Assembly: GCA_021787445.1 (NCBI GenBank)
Contig: JAJYLV010000001.1
Span: 6,968-70,967 of the forward strand
Direction: 5' to 3'
Source: Chloroflexota bacterium
Lineage (GTDB): Bacteria; Chloroflexota; Limnocylindria; P2-11E
DNA: 64,000 bases
The notes under the pieces were generated by a model that made no database searches, was not told where the DNA came from, and was given only the letters and a program-made list of their open reading frames with translations. This document shows positions 51,467-61,124 of this stretch, piece after piece. Numbering within the stretch: position 1 is the first letter of the stretch; each line of letters starts with the position of its first letter. Position numbers and translations under genes: made by a program.

Positions 51467-51558
51467 TTGCAGCACTACGCCTGGGTCGCGACGGGATACA
51501 TGCTCGCGTCGGCCGTCATGGTCCCCATCTGGGGCAAGCTCTCGGACATCCGCGGATG
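51467..51558 (+). pseudogene. Remnant of an MFS (DHA2/EmrB-QacA-type) transporter gene.
   Basis: It translates as [30 protein letters not shown]. This is the highly conserved MFS motif A/TM region (ywlvtaYllasav.[10 protein letters not shown].Gr), but it is only about 30 codons long, with no plausible start and no continuation. Confidence 0.5.
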
Positions 51559-51600
51559 AGGCGCCTCCGCGGCGGCTGATGCCCGCGCCGGACGGAGCCT

Positions 51601-52425
51601 CTACGCGATGAGCTTGCGCTCCATCCGGCGCAGCGCGAGCGAGATGGCCGCGACGAAGAAAGCGACGAGGTACGCCAGGTCCCACAGCTGACCGCCTCCC
51701 AGGAGGCCGGTCGAGAGGCCGCGGCACAGGCTGATGGCGTGGTAGAGCGGCGTCGCCTGCATGAAGAGCTGGATGGGCGTCGGGTAGATCGAGATCGGGA
51801 AGAAGGTGCCGCTGAACAGGAACATCGGCATCACGATGAGACCCATGGGGACGTCGAAGTCGTTCACCGTCCGCAGGTACGCGGAGCCGGCGAGGCCGGC
51901 GGCGCTGAAGGCGGCCGACACGAGCAGCGCCGCCGGGACGAGCAGCAGCGCCCACGGCGACAGGACGAGCCCCATGGCCGCCATGAGCGCGAGCATCGCC
52001 ACGGCGTAGAGCGCCGCGCGCAGGAGAGCCCACAGCAGCTCGCCGAGGGCGATCTCGGTGATCCCCATGGGCGTCGCGAGGACGGCGTCATACATGTGCG
52101 AGAAGTTGAGCTTGAAGAACACGTTGAAGATGGTCTCGAAGACCGCGCCGTTCATCGCCGCGGTCGCCAGGAGCGCGGGCGCGACGTAGGCGGCATAGGA
52201 GACGACGCGCCCGTCGGGCAGGGAGACCTCGCGGACGATGCTCCCGAGGCCGAGCCCGATGCTCAGGAGGTAGAACACCGGCTCGAAGGCGCCCGAGAGG
52301 AGGACGATCCACTCGTAGCGGTAGACGAGCACGTTGCGCTGCACCATGCGGCGCGAGCGCCAGAGGCGAGACCACGCCTCTGCGGGCGGCGCCGGCCTCG
52401 CCAGGGGCCGCAGGAGCGTGCTCAT
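51601..52425 (-). CDS. ABC-2 type transporter permease.
   Basis: It has 6 TM helices, an ABC-2 family-like sequence (NodJ/DrrB-type), and the N-terminal motif RNVLVYRYEW. Confidence 0.7.
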   Translation of the reverse strand: MSTLLRPLARPAPPAEAWSRLWRSRRMVQRNVLVYRYEWIVLLSGAFEPVFYLLSIGLGLGSIVREVSLPDGRVVSYAAYVAPALLATAAMNGAVFETIFNVFFKLNFSHMYDAVLATPMGITEIALGELLWALLRAALYAVAMLALMAAMGLVLSPWALLLVPAALLVSAAFSAAGLAGSAYLRTVNDFDVPMGLIVMPMFLFSGTFFPISIYPTPIQLFMQATPLYHAISLCRGLSTGLLGGGQLWDLAYLVAFFVAAISLALRRMERKLIA

Positions 52426-52438
52426 GTCCGGACCCGTC

Positions 52439-53224
52439 TCACACCGTCAGCCGACGGCGCAGCAGGCGAGGCGCGAGCAGGGCGCCGACGCCGAAGAAGG
52501 CGACGAGGTACGCCACGTGCCAGGGTGCCGTGGCCGGATCGAGCCGGCCGCTCGTGGCCCCGCGCACGAGCTCGACCGCGTGGAAGAGCGGCGTGGCCCA
52601 CGCCAGCACTTGTACGGCCTCGGGCAGCCGGTCGAGCGGGAAGAACGTGCCACTGAAGAGGAAGAGCGGATTGATGACGAAGCGGAAGACCGCGTTGAAC
52701 CCGATGTCGTTGCGCTGCGTCGCGGTGAAGGCGATCAGGTTCGCGCTGAAGCCGAGGCCGACCAGCAGCGCGACCGGGAGGGCCAGGATGGCCAGCGGGC
52801 TCGTGGCCACGCCGAACAGCGCGAGCACGACCAGGAAGATCGTCGCGAGCGTCAGGATCCGGAAGCCGATCCACGCCAGCTCGCCGGCCACGAGGTCGCC
52901 GACCGCCAGGGGGGTCGAGAGCATGGCCTCGTAGTTCCGTCCCCACCTGATCTTGTTCATGATCGGATAGGTCGACTCGAAGGTCGCCGTCTGCATCGCC
53001 ATCGCCGCGAGCAGGCCGGGCCCGAGGAATTGCAGGTAGCCGACCCCGCCGAACGCCTGCTGCGACCCCGCGCTCATGAGCGATCCGATGCCGATCCCCA
53101 TGGCGCTGAGGAAGAGCGCGGGCTGCAGGAAGCCGAAGGCGATGCTCCGGAGCCACAGCCGGCGGTACACGAGCCAGTTCCTGTGGAAGACGCGGCGCGA
53201 CAGCGTCGACGCTCCGATGCTCAT
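52439..53224 (-). CDS. ABC-2 type transporter permease (second subunit).
   Basis: It is a paralogue of the downstream permease, with the same architecture. The start is the ATG at 53224 (MSIGASTLSRRVFHRNWLVYRR). Track ORF 52439-53509 has an upstream run-on. Confidence 0.7.
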   Translation of the reverse strand: MSIGASTLSRRVFHRNWLVYRRLWLRSIAFGFLQPALFLSAMGIGIGSLMSAGSQQAFGGVGYLQFLGPGLLAAMAMQTATFESTYPIMNKIRWGRNYEAMLSTPLAVGDLVAGELAWIGFRILTLATIFLVVLALFGVATSPLAILALPVALLVGLGFSANLIAFTATQRNDIGFNAVFRFVINPLFLFSGTFFPLDRLPEAVQVLAWATPLFHAVELVRGATSGRLDPATAPWHVAYLVAFFGVGALLAPRLLRRRLTV

Positions 53225-53234
53225 CGGCCCTCCG

Positions 53235-54198
53235 TCAGTCGACGAGCGAGCGGCCCGTGAGGCGGAGGAAGACGTCCTCGAGCGTCGCGCGCCGCACGAG
53301 CGCGCTCTCGAGGGGGATGCCGCGCGCGCGGATCTGCTCGAGCGCGCGCTCGCCGTCGGAGGTGTAGAGGAGGACGCGGTCCGGGAGCTCCTCGACGCGG
53401 TCGGCGAGCTGCGCGAGCCGGCCGTCCAGCGCACCGCGCTCGCTGTCGCCGACGCGGATCTCGACCACCTCTCGCGAGCTGTAGCGGCCGATGAGCTCGC
53501 GCGGCGCACCCTCGGCGACGATCCTGGCCTTGTCCATGACCACGAGGCGGTCGCAAAGCTGCTCGGCCTCGTCCATGTAGTGCGTCGTGACGATCAGGGT
53601 CGCGCCGCGCTTCTTGAGCTGATACAGCCGCTCCCACAGGAGGTGTCGCGCCTGCGGGTCCAGGCCGGTGGTCGGCTCGTCGAGGATCACCAGGTCGGGC
53701 TCGTTGATGAGAGCGCGGGCGATCGTCAGCCGTCGCTTCATGCCACCGGACAACGGCTCGACCTGATCCGCGGCCCGCTCGCTGAGCCGCACGAAGTCGA
53801 GCAGATCGGTCGCTCTGCGCCGCGCGAGCTGGCCCGGGATGTCGAAGTAGCGGGCGTACATCTCCAGGTTCTCGCGGACCGTGAGCTCGATGTCGAGGTT
53901 GTCGGCCTGCGGCACGACCCCCAGGCGCGCCTTGATCTGCCGCGGCTGCGTGCGCGGGTCCATCCCCATGACCGTGAGCTCGCCGCTCGTGATCGGCGAC
54001 GAGCAGGCGATCATCCGCATCGTGCTCGTCTTGCCCGCCCCGTTCGGGCCGAGGAAGCCGAAAGCCTGCCCCGGAAGGACGTCGAACTCGATGTCGTCGA
54101 CCGCGGTGAGCCCGCCCGGGAAGCGCTTCACGAGGTGTCGTGCGCGGACGAGCGCGTCCACCCGGGTCACGGTCGGCGACGTCGCGGCATGCGTCAAT
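53235..54198 (-). CDS. ABC transporter ATP-binding protein (DrrA/NodI-like) of the ABC-2 exporter.
   Basis: The Walker A motif is GFLGPNGAGKTST, the signature is LSGGMKRRL and the Walker B motif is LVILDEPTTGLD. The start is set at the TTG at 54198; a GTG alternative is at 54174. Track ORF 53235-54827 has an N-terminal run-on. Confidence 0.75.
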
Positions 54199-54309
54199 GT
54201 TCGCTCCGATACCCTCGGCGTGCGGGTGCCGTCCGCCGAGGACCGCGGCGTCGAGCTCGCGTGCCTCGCACGGAGCGGCTTCGCCGTGTGAGCATGGCGT
54301 CGTGACGAG

Positions 54310-54753
54310 GTGCGTGTCGTGAAGCGGCGCGTCCTGTTCCTGTGCGTCCGCAACAGCGCACGGTCGCAGATCGCCGAGGGGCTCCTGCGCTCGCTCGCGG
54401 GCGACCGGTTCGACGTCGCGAGCGCCGGCCTCGCCCCCGGCAGCGTGCGGCCCGAGGCGATAGCGGTCATGCGCGAGATCGGGATCGACATCTCGGGGCA
54501 TCGGAGCAAGGCGGCCGACGAGTACGCGGGCCAGGAGTTCGACCTCGTCGTGACGACGTGCGACGAGGCGAAGGAGGCGTGCCCGCTCTTCCCGGGTGCG
54601 AAGCGCATGTTGCACTGGTCGATCCCGGATCCGACGGCCGCCGTCGGCGCGGAACGGATGGCCGCGTTCCGGTCCGTCCGGGACGAGATCGAGCGGCGGA
54701 TCGAGAGCGACCTGCGGGGGGAGGACGTCCGGACAGGCGACGCGCGGGGGTGA
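54310..54753 (+). CDS. arsC: Arsenate reductase (thioredoxin-coupled, LMW-PTP family).
   Basis: VLFLCVRNSARSQIAEG is the CX5R P-loop, and there are downstream Cys residues. Confidence 0.7.
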   Translation: MRVVKRRVLFLCVRNSARSQIAEGLLRSLAGDRFDVASAGLAPGSVRPEAIAVMREIGIDISGHRSKAADEYAGQEFDLVVTTCDEAKEACPLFPGAKRMLHWSIPDPTAAVGAERMAAFRSVRDEIERRIESDLRGEDVRTGDARG

Positions 54754-54783
54754 CGCCCGGGAGGTCGTGGTAGCGTCGCGCGC

Positions 54784-55470
54784 GTGAGCGAGCGGCACTG
54801 CTGGGACGACGTCATCGACGACGACACGCGCCGCGTCTACTCCGCCTACGAGCGCGAGCGCTGGGTCGGACCACGTCCGGCGGTCCTCGCGGTCGACCTC
54901 TACAACGCGGTGTTCGAGGGCGGTCCGCGGCCGGTGCCCGAGCTCGTCGCGGCGTACCCGAGCGCCTGCGGCATCGACGCCTGGAACGCGATCGGTCCCC
55001 TCCGCCAGCTCCTCGCGACGGCGCGAGACGCGGGTCTGCCCGTCATCTACACGACGGGCGAGACGCGATCCGACGCGGGCGTCGCGGTCCGCGCGACGCG
55101 GCGTGGGGGAGCCGCCCACGGCACCCACGACTACGCGTTCAAGGAGGATCTCGCGCCGGTGGAGGGCGACCTCGTCGTGCGCAAGCAGCGCGCGAGCGCG
55201 TTCTTCGGCACGCCGCTCGTGGCCGACCTGGTGCAGCGCGGCATCGACACCGTCGTCGTCTGCGGCGAGACGACGAGCGGCTGCGTCCGCGCGAGCGTGG
55301 TCGACGCGTACTCCTACGGGTTCCACGTCGTGCTCGCCGAGGAGTGCTGCTTCGATCGCAGTGCCCTATCGCACAAGGTGAACCTCTTCGACCTCCATCA
55401 GAAGTACGCCGACGTCATGCACCTCGAGGAGGTCGAGCGGCGCCTTCGCTCGCTGCCGAAGGCCCGCTAG
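54784..55470 (+). CDS. Isochorismatase-family cysteine hydrolase.
   Basis: The family features are LAVDLYN, the Asp of the catalytic triad region, and VVVCGETTSGCVRAS, which holds the catalytic Cys. Confidence 0.65.
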   Translation: MSERHCWDDVIDDDTRRVYSAYERERWVGPRPAVLAVDLYNAVFEGGPRPVPELVAAYPSACGIDAWNAIGPLRQLLATARDAGLPVIYTTGETRSDAGVAVRATRRGGAAHGTHDYAFKEDLAPVEGDLVVRKQRASAFFGTPLVADLVQRGIDTVVVCGETTSGCVRASVVDAYSYGFHVVLAEECCFDRSALSHKVNLFDLHQKYADVMHLEEVERRLRSLPKAR

Positions 55471-56330
55471 TGCCGCCCGCGCGCTCGGGTCCGTTCCCCT
55501 ACAGCGCGATGCCCGGCCGCGCTCCGCTGCGCTGGCCGAACGGCGCGCGGATCGCGGTGTGGGTCGTCCCGAACATCGAGTCGTTCGCGCTCGACGAGCC
55601 GATCGCCGGCGGGACGGGGACGGTGCCCGACGTCCCCGCGTGGTCCGTGCGCGAGTACGGCGCGCGCATCGGGGTGTTCCGGATCATGGACGTGCTGCGG
55701 CGGCACGGCGTGCGCGGCACCGTCGCGCTGAACGCCGACGTGTGCGGCGCCTACCCCGAGGTCGTCGCGGCCACGCTCGATCTCGGATGGGAGCTCATGG
55801 GGCACGGCGTGACGAACACGCGTCGCCTGAGCGCCGTGGCCGACGAGGCCGTCGTCGTGCGCGAGACGTTCGAGCGGATCGAGCGCGCGACGGGGACGCG
55901 GCCCGTCGGATGGCTCAGCCCGGGACTGCAGGAGACGTGGGACACCCTGGATCACCTCGCGGCCTCCGGAGCGCGGTACGTCGCGGACTGGACCGTCGAC
56001 GATCAGCCGATCTGGCTGAGCGCGGGCGGGACGCGGCTCGTCGGGGTGCCGTACACGTTCGAGCTCAACGACAAGCCCGCCTACGAGCGGATGGGCCGGA
56101 CGCCCGACGAGTTCGCGGCGACGATCCGGCGGCAGTTCGACGTCCTCTACGCGGAGTCGGCCACGTCGGGGCGCGTCATGGCCATCGCGCTCCACCCGTA
56201 CCTGAGCGGATACCCGCACCGCATCGGCGCCATCGACGACGCGCTCGGGTACGTGCGCTCGCATGACGGCGTCTGGCTCGCGACGGGCCGCGAGATCGCC
56301 GACGCCTTCCGCGAGGCCATGCGCGGCTAG
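55470..56330 (+). CDS. Polysaccharide deacetylase family protein (NodB-homology, PuuE-like).
   Basis: WPNGARIAVWVVPNIE ... ALNADVCGAYPE ... MGHG ... ALHPYLSG is the deacetylase-fold pattern. The GTG at 55470 overlaps the preceding TAG stop; an ATG alternative is at 55509. Confidence 0.6.
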   Translation: MPPARSGPFPYSAMPGRAPLRWPNGARIAVWVVPNIESFALDEPIAGGTGTVPDVPAWSVREYGARIGVFRIMDVLRRHGVRGTVALNADVCGAYPEVVAATLDLGWELMGHGVTNTRRLSAVADEAVVVRETFERIERATGTRPVGWLSPGLQETWDTLDHLAASGARYVADWTVDDQPIWLSAGGTRLVGVPYTFELNDKPAYERMGRTPDEFAATIRRQFDVLYAESATSGRVMAIALHPYLSGYPHRIGAIDDALGYVRSHDGVWLATGREIADAFREAMRG

Positions 56331-56424
56331 CGCCTCGCGCACGAGGTGCCGCGGGCGCTCGGCGTAGGGCGCGGCCTGTGGCCGGCCTCCGCGCGAGCCG
56401 GTCCACGGCTAACATGGTGGGACC

Positions 56425-56520
56425 AACGGGAGCTCGGGCCTGCCGGGCTGAGAGGGTGGCGGGGGCCACCGACCGTGCAAGGGACCTGATCCGGGTAATG
56501 CCGGCGCAGGGACGAGGTCC
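56425..56520 (+). promoter_or_regulatory. TPP (THI-box) riboswitch.
   Basis: GGCCTGCCGGGCTGAGAGGGTGGCGGGGGCCACCGACCGTGCAAGGGACCTGATCCGGGTAATGCCGGCGCAGGGA contains the conserved CUGAGA and ACCUGAUCCGG.UAAUGCCGGCG.AGGGA elements of the TPP aptamer. It lies 40 nt upstream of thiD. Confidence 0.85.
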
Positions 56521-56557
56521 AGCGGCAGGGAGCTTCCGGGTCGTGGAGGGCTGCCGC

Positions 56558-57403
56558 ATGACACGTCCGAGCGGTCGCGAGCGCTGGGGGCGCGCCGTCG
56601 CGCTCACCATCGCGGGCTCGGACTCCTCGGCCGGCGCCGGCATCCAGGCCGACCTCAAGACCTTTCAGGCGATCGGCGTCTACGGCGCGAGCGCGATCTC
56701 GGCGCTCACGGCGCAGAACACGCTCGGCGTACGGGGGGTCGAGGAGGCCTCGCCGGAGATCGTCGCCGCGCAGATCGACGCCGTCGTCGAGGACCTGGGG
56801 GTCGACGGCGCGAAGACGGGGATGCTCGCGAACGGCCGGGTCGTGCACGCGGTCGCCGATCGCGTGCGTCGGTGGGCGCTCGGGGACGTGCTCGTCGTCG
56901 ATCCGGTGATCCTCGCGACGGATGGCACGCGGCTCCTCGGCGAGAGCGGCCTTCGCATCCTCGTCAGCGAGCTCCTCCCGCTCGCCGCCGTGGTCACGCC
57001 GAACCTCCCGGAGGCCGCGGCGATCCTCGGGCACGTGGTCGCGGACGACGACGACGAGCTCCGCCGGGCGGCGCGCGAGCTGCGCGAGCTCGGGCCGCGC
57101 GCGGTCGTCCTCACGGGTGGGCACCGCGTGGGCCCCGCCCGCGACGTGTACGTCGATGGCCGCACCGAAGAGCTCCTCGACGCCGAGCGGGTGGCCACTA
57201 CGAGCACCCACGGCACCGGCTGCACGTTCTCCGCCGCGATCGCGGCGCGGATCGCGCTCGGCGACGAGGCGATCGACGCCGTCCGCTACGCCAAGGGCTT
57301 CGTCACGCGGGCGATCGAGCTCGCGCGCCCGCTCGGTGGCGGACACGGCCCGCTCGCGCACGAGGCCGCCGCCCGCTCCGAGGGAACGCCGGTGGCCCGA
57401 TGA
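56558..57403 (+). CDS. thiD: Hydroxymethylpyrimidine/phosphomethylpyrimidine kinase.
   Basis: TIAGSDSSAGAGIQADLKT is the ThiD signature, with ribokinase-like fold motifs. The start is the ATG at 56558. The upstream part of track ORF 56378-57403 is the riboswitch. Confidence 0.85.
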   Translation: MTRPSGRERWGRAVALTIAGSDSSAGAGIQADLKTFQAIGVYGASAISALTAQNTLGVRGVEEASPEIVAAQIDAVVEDLGVDGAKTGMLANGRVVHAVADRVRRWALGDVLVVDPVILATDGTRLLGESGLRILVSELLPLAAVVTPNLPEAAAILGHVVADDDDELRRAARELRELGPRAVVLTGGHRVGPARDVYVDGRTEELLDAERVATTSTHGTGCTFSAAIAARIALGDEAIDAVRYAKGFVTRAIELARPLGGGHGPLAHEAAARSEGTPVAR

Positions 57404-58173
57404 GGATCCAGATGGACACACCCGTCGCGGAGCGGATCGCCGCCCTGCGTGCGGCGGCGCCCCTCGTCCACTGCATCACCAACGACGTGACGTCGCACCG
57501 GGTCGCGGACGCGCTCGTCGCGCTCGGCGCGCTGCCGGTGATGGCGTCCGCGCCCGAGGAGGTCGAGGTCGTCGCGCGCTCCGCCGACGCGCTGCTCCTC
57601 AACTGCGGGACGCCCTCCGCCGCGCGCTGGGACGCCATGCGCGCCGCCGCCGCAGTGGCGTCGCAGCGCGGCATCCCCGTCGTGGTCGACCCCGTCGGCG
57701 CCGGCGCGAGCTCCTCGCGGACGGAACGCGCGCGGGGTCTGGTGTCGGCGAGCGGCGCGATCGTGCGCGGGAACGCGCCCGAGGTCGCCGCGCTCGCGGG
57801 CGTGGATGCCGTCGGGCGCATCCGCGGCGTCACGGCCGTCGGCGTGCCGGCCGACGCGCTCCCGGGTCTCGCGCGGTCCGCGGCGGCGGCGCTCGCGACG
57901 ACCGTTCTCATCAGCGGACCGGTCAGCGTGGCCTCCGACGGCTCCCGCTCCCGTTCGCTGCCGGCGGTGCCGCCGCGCTATCCGGCGGTCGGCCTCGGCG
58001 ACGTCCTGGGCGCGCTGGTAGCGGCCGTCGCTTGCGTCGAGACGGATCGGCTCGAGGCCGCCTGGTCGGCGCGCGAGCTGATGGATCGGGCGGTGGACGC
58101 CGCCGGCACCATCGCGCGGGGACCGGGGTCTTTCTGGCCCGCGCTCATCGATGCGCTCGGGACGCACAGGTGA
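57400..58173 (+). CDS. thiM: Hydroxyethylthiazole kinase.
   Basis: The motifs LVHCITNDVTSHRVADAL and LLNCGTPS are present. The start overlaps the thiD stop as ATGA. Confidence 0.75.
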   Translation: MRIQMDTPVAERIAALRAAAPLVHCITNDVTSHRVADALVALGALPVMASAPEEVEVVARSADALLLNCGTPSAARWDAMRAAAAVASQRGIPVVVDPVGAGASSSRTERARGLVSASGAIVRGNAPEVAALAGVDAVGRIRGVTAVGVPADALPGLARSAAAALATTVLISGPVSVASDGSRSRSLPAVPPRYPAVGLGDVLGALVAAVACVETDRLEAAWSARELMDRAVDAAGTIARGPGSFWPALIDALGTHR

Positions 58174-58835
58174 GCGGGAGCTCCGCTCTGCGCGACGCGC
58201 TGCGGCTCTATCTCATCGCCGACACCGGCCTCGTCGCGCCGGAACGGCTGCCCGATGTCGTCCGCGCGGCGACGCTCGGCGGCGTGACGATGGTGCAGCT
58301 GCGGGCGAAGGGCCTCACGACGCGCGCGCAGGTCGACCTCGCGCGCGCGCTGCGCGGCGCATGCGACGCCGTGCGTGTTCCGCTCATCGTCAACGACCGC
58401 GCCGACGTCGCGTCGGCGGCGGGGGCGGCGGGCGCGCACGTCGGCCACATCGGCCAGGAGGACCTGCTGCCCGGCGAAGTGCTGGGCATCCTGGGGCCGC
58501 AGGCGATCGTCGGCGTGTCCGTGGGCAGCGCCGAGGAGGCGACGCGCGTGCGCGACGCGGCGTACCTCTCGGCGGGGCCGATGTACGCGACGACGACGAA
58601 GGGCGACGCCGGACCCGCTGTCGGCCCCGCGCTCGTGCGGGCCATCCGCGCGGTCACGACGCAGCCGCTCGTCGCCATCGGCGGCATCACCCTCGACCGC
58701 GTCGGCGAGGTGCTCGCGGCGGGGGCGGACGGCGTGTGCGTCGCGTCGGCGATCCTTCGCGCTCCCGACCCGCGTGAGGCGGCCGCGTCGTTCGCGTCGG
58801 AGCTCGGCATCAGACGGATGGAGGGAACGAGATGA
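58170..58835 (+). CDS. thiE: Thiamine-phosphate synthase.
   Basis: LYLIADTG ... VQLRAKG ... LIVNDRADVA ... VAIGGI are present. The start overlaps the thiM stop as GTGA. Confidence 0.8.
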   Translation: MSGSSALRDALRLYLIADTGLVAPERLPDVVRAATLGGVTMVQLRAKGLTTRAQVDLARALRGACDAVRVPLIVNDRADVASAAGAAGAHVGHIGQEDLLPGEVLGILGPQAIVGVSVGSAEEATRVRDAAYLSAGPMYATTTKGDAGPAVGPALVRAIRAVTTQPLVAIGGITLDRVGEVLAAGADGVCVASAILRAPDPREAAASFASELGIRRMEGTR

Positions 58836-59407
58836 GCACAGAGACCGCGATCGGGCAGGTGCGGACGATCCCGCGGACGCAGCGCCTCGCGCTGACGGCG
58901 ACGCTCACCGCACTGGGCGTCGTCCTCGGCACCCTGTCGGTCCCCATCGGACCCGCGCGCGTCGCGCCGTTCCAGCACTTCATCAACGTCCTCGCCGGCG
59001 TTCTCGTCGGCCCCTGGTACGCGCTTCTCACCGCTTTCGCGATCAGCGTCCTGCGCAACGCGCTCGGGACGGGCACGTTCCTCGCGTTCCCCGGCTCGAT
59101 GTTCGGCGCGCTCTTCGTCGGGCTCGCGTACCACTACGTGCGGCGCACGGACGTCGCGGCGTTCGTCGAGCCGATCGGCACGTCGATCGTCGGCGCCCTC
59201 GTCGGCTATGCGCTCATCGCGCCGCTGCAGGCGAAGACCCTCCTGCTCGGCTTCGTCGCGGCGAACCCGCCCGCGTATCCGCCGTACCTCGCGGGCCTCG
59301 GCGGTCCGATCGCGATGGTGGTGCTGTTCGCGATCAGCGACATCCCGGGGTGCATCCTCGGCTTCTTCGCGCTCCGAGCGCTGCGGCGCGCGGGCGTCGC
59401 CTTCTAA
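58832..59407 (+). CDS. thiW: ECF transporter S component for thiazole/HET (ThiW).
   Basis: It has 5-6 TM helices, and the APFQHFINVLAGVLVGPWYA region is typical of ThiW. Confidence 0.7.
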   Translation: MSTETAIGQVRTIPRTQRLALTATLTALGVVLGTLSVPIGPARVAPFQHFINVLAGVLVGPWYALLTAFAISVLRNALGTGTFLAFPGSMFGALFVGLAYHYVRRTDVAAFVEPIGTSIVGALVGYALIAPLQAKTLLLGFVAANPPAYPPYLAGLGGPIAMVVLFAISDIPGCILGFFALRALRRAGVAF

Positions 59408-59417
59408 GGGGACGTCG

Positions 59418-61124
59418 ATCGCGACGGCGCCGCCGACGCCGATCCGCCTGCACGACGTCACCTTCCGCTACCCCGGCGCCGCGGACGCCGCGCTCGACGG
59501 GATCTCGTGCGACATCGCGGTGGGGGAGCGGGTGCTCGTCGTGGGCCCGACGGGGTCGGGGAAGTCGACGCTGCTCCGCGCCCTCATCGGGCTGGTCCCC
59601 CACGTGTCGGGCGGCGACCTCACCGGGGACGTCGAGGTCGCGGGCGTCCACACCCGCGGCCTCGCACCGCACGACATCGCAGCGCGCGGGGTCGCTCTCG
59701 TGGCGCAGGATCCCGCCGAGACGTTCGTCGCCGACCGCGTCGCGGCGGAGGTCGCCTTCGGGCCGGAGAGCCTCGCGCTTCCGGAGCGCGAGGTGGACGA
59801 GCGGGTGGGCGAGGCGTTGGAGGCGGTGAGCCTGGCGTCCGCTGCCCGGCGCCGCGTTCGCGAGCTGTCCGGCGGCGAGCAGCAGCGTGTCGCCATCGCG
59901 GCGGCGCTCGCCCTCCGCCCGAGCGTCCTCCTCATGGACGAGCCCACCGCCCACCTGGACGAGGCGACCGCACGCGCGATCCTCGAGCTCGTCGCCGCCA
60001 TCGCGCGTGAGCGCGGGATGACCCTCGTGCTCTCCGAGCACCGCCTCGGCATCGCAGCGTGTCTGGTCACGCGTGCGCTCGTGATCGCCCAGGGCCGGCT
60101 CGTCCTGGACGGCGCTCCGCGCGGCGTGCTCGCCGACCCGTCCGTCGAGCGGCTCGGCGTCCCCGTCCCGCGGTCGACGCTCGTCGCCGCGGCGCTCGCG
60201 CTGCCGGCGCCCCTCGCCCTCACGCCGCAGGAGCTCGTGGCGCGCGTGGAGGCGCTCGAGGCGGCGTGGGCGCCGCCCGCACCTCCGCCCGCACCCGAGG
60301 CCGGAACGGCCCTGCGCTTCGAGCACGTCACGTACGCCTACCGCTCCGCGGAGCGTCCCGCCGTGCGGGACGTGTCGTTCGCGCTAGGCCATGGGGAGCG
60401 CGTGGCGCTCATCGGCCCGACGGGGTCGGGGAAGAGCACGCTGGCGCGGCTCGCGCTCGGGCTGCGCCGTGCGGACGCCGGCGAGGTGACGCTCGCGGGC
60501 ATGCGGACGCGGAGCACGCCGATGTCACGACTCGCCGGCGTGGGCGGGCTGGTCCTCCAGGATCCGACCCGGCAGCTCATCGCCGAGCGCGTCGAGGACG
60601 AGGTCGCGTCGGGGCTCGCTGGCCTCCCGCCGTCCGAAAGACGGTCCCGCGTCGAGCGTGAGATCGAGCGCTTCGGGCTCGGTCCGCTTCGAACGCGTCA
60701 TCCGCTCACGCTGAGCGAAGGCCAGCGCCGCCGCGTCGTCCTCGCCGCGGCGACGGCGCGGCGGCCGGCGGTCCTCGTGCTCGACGAGCCGACGCTCGGT
60801 CAGGACGCGCGCCAGCGCGACGCCCTGGCACGGCTCGTCGCCGATCTCGCCGCGGAGGGTACGGCCGTGCTCGCCATCAGCCACGACCCGGAATTCGTCG
60901 CGGACGCGTGTGAGCGCGCGCTGGTCCTGCGCGAGGGCTCGCTCGTCGCCGATCTTCCGATCGGCGGCACGCCGGTCCAGCTCCGTGCCCTCGCGGACGC
61001 GGCGGTGCCGCTGTCCGACGTCGGAGCCGCCGTCCTCCTCCTGTCGCGGCGGGGGACCCCCGTCGCGGCGCGCACGGTCGACGAGCTCGTGGCGCGCGTC
61101 ACGGCGGCCCGAGCGCCCGTATGA
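59418..61124 (+). CDS. ecfA: ECF transporter ATPase with two fused ABC domains (EcfA1-EcfA2 / CbiO duplication).
   Basis: There are two full nucleotide-binding domains: VVGPTGSGKSTL...LSGGEQQRVAIA...LLMDEPTAHLD and LIGPTGSGKSTL...LSEGQRRRVVLA...LVLDEPTLGQD. The only in-frame canonical start is the ATG at 59208, 200 nt inside thiW. The start is therefore tentatively placed at the ATC at 59418, 5 nt after an AAGGGGA Shine-Dalgarno sequence. Confidence 0.75.
   Translation: MATAPPTPIRLHDVTFRYPGAADAALDGISCDIAVGERVLVVGPTGSGKSTLLRALIGLVPHVSGGDLTGDVEVAGVHTRGLAPHDIAARGVALVAQDPAETFVADRVAAEVAFGPESLALPEREVDERVGEALEAVSLASAARRRVRELSGGEQQRVAIAAALALRPSVLLMDEPTAHLDEATARAILELVAAIARERGMTLVLSEHRLGIAACLVTRALVIAQGRLVLDGAPRGVLADPSVERLGVPVPRSTLVAAALALPAPLALTPQELVARVEALEAAWAPPAPPPAPEAGTALRFEHVTYAYRSAERPAVRDVSFALGHGERVALIGPTGSGKSTLARLALGLRRADAGEVTLAGMRTRSTPMSRLAGVGGLVLQDPTRQLIAERVEDEVASGLAGLPPSERRSRVEREIERFGLGPLRTRHPLTLSEGQRRRVVLAAATARRPAVLVLDEPTLGQDARQRDALARLVADLAAEGTAVLAISHDPEFVADACERALVLREGSLVADLPIGGTPVQLRALADAAVPLSDVGAAVLLLSRRGTPVAARTVDELVARVTAARAPV

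Noticed and set aside
59208-59417. Track start (ATG 59208) for the ECF ATPase.
   Set aside because: It would overlap thiW by 200 nt in another frame and encodes an Arg/Ser-rich non-homologous N-terminus. Homology to ABC NBDs starts near 59420.
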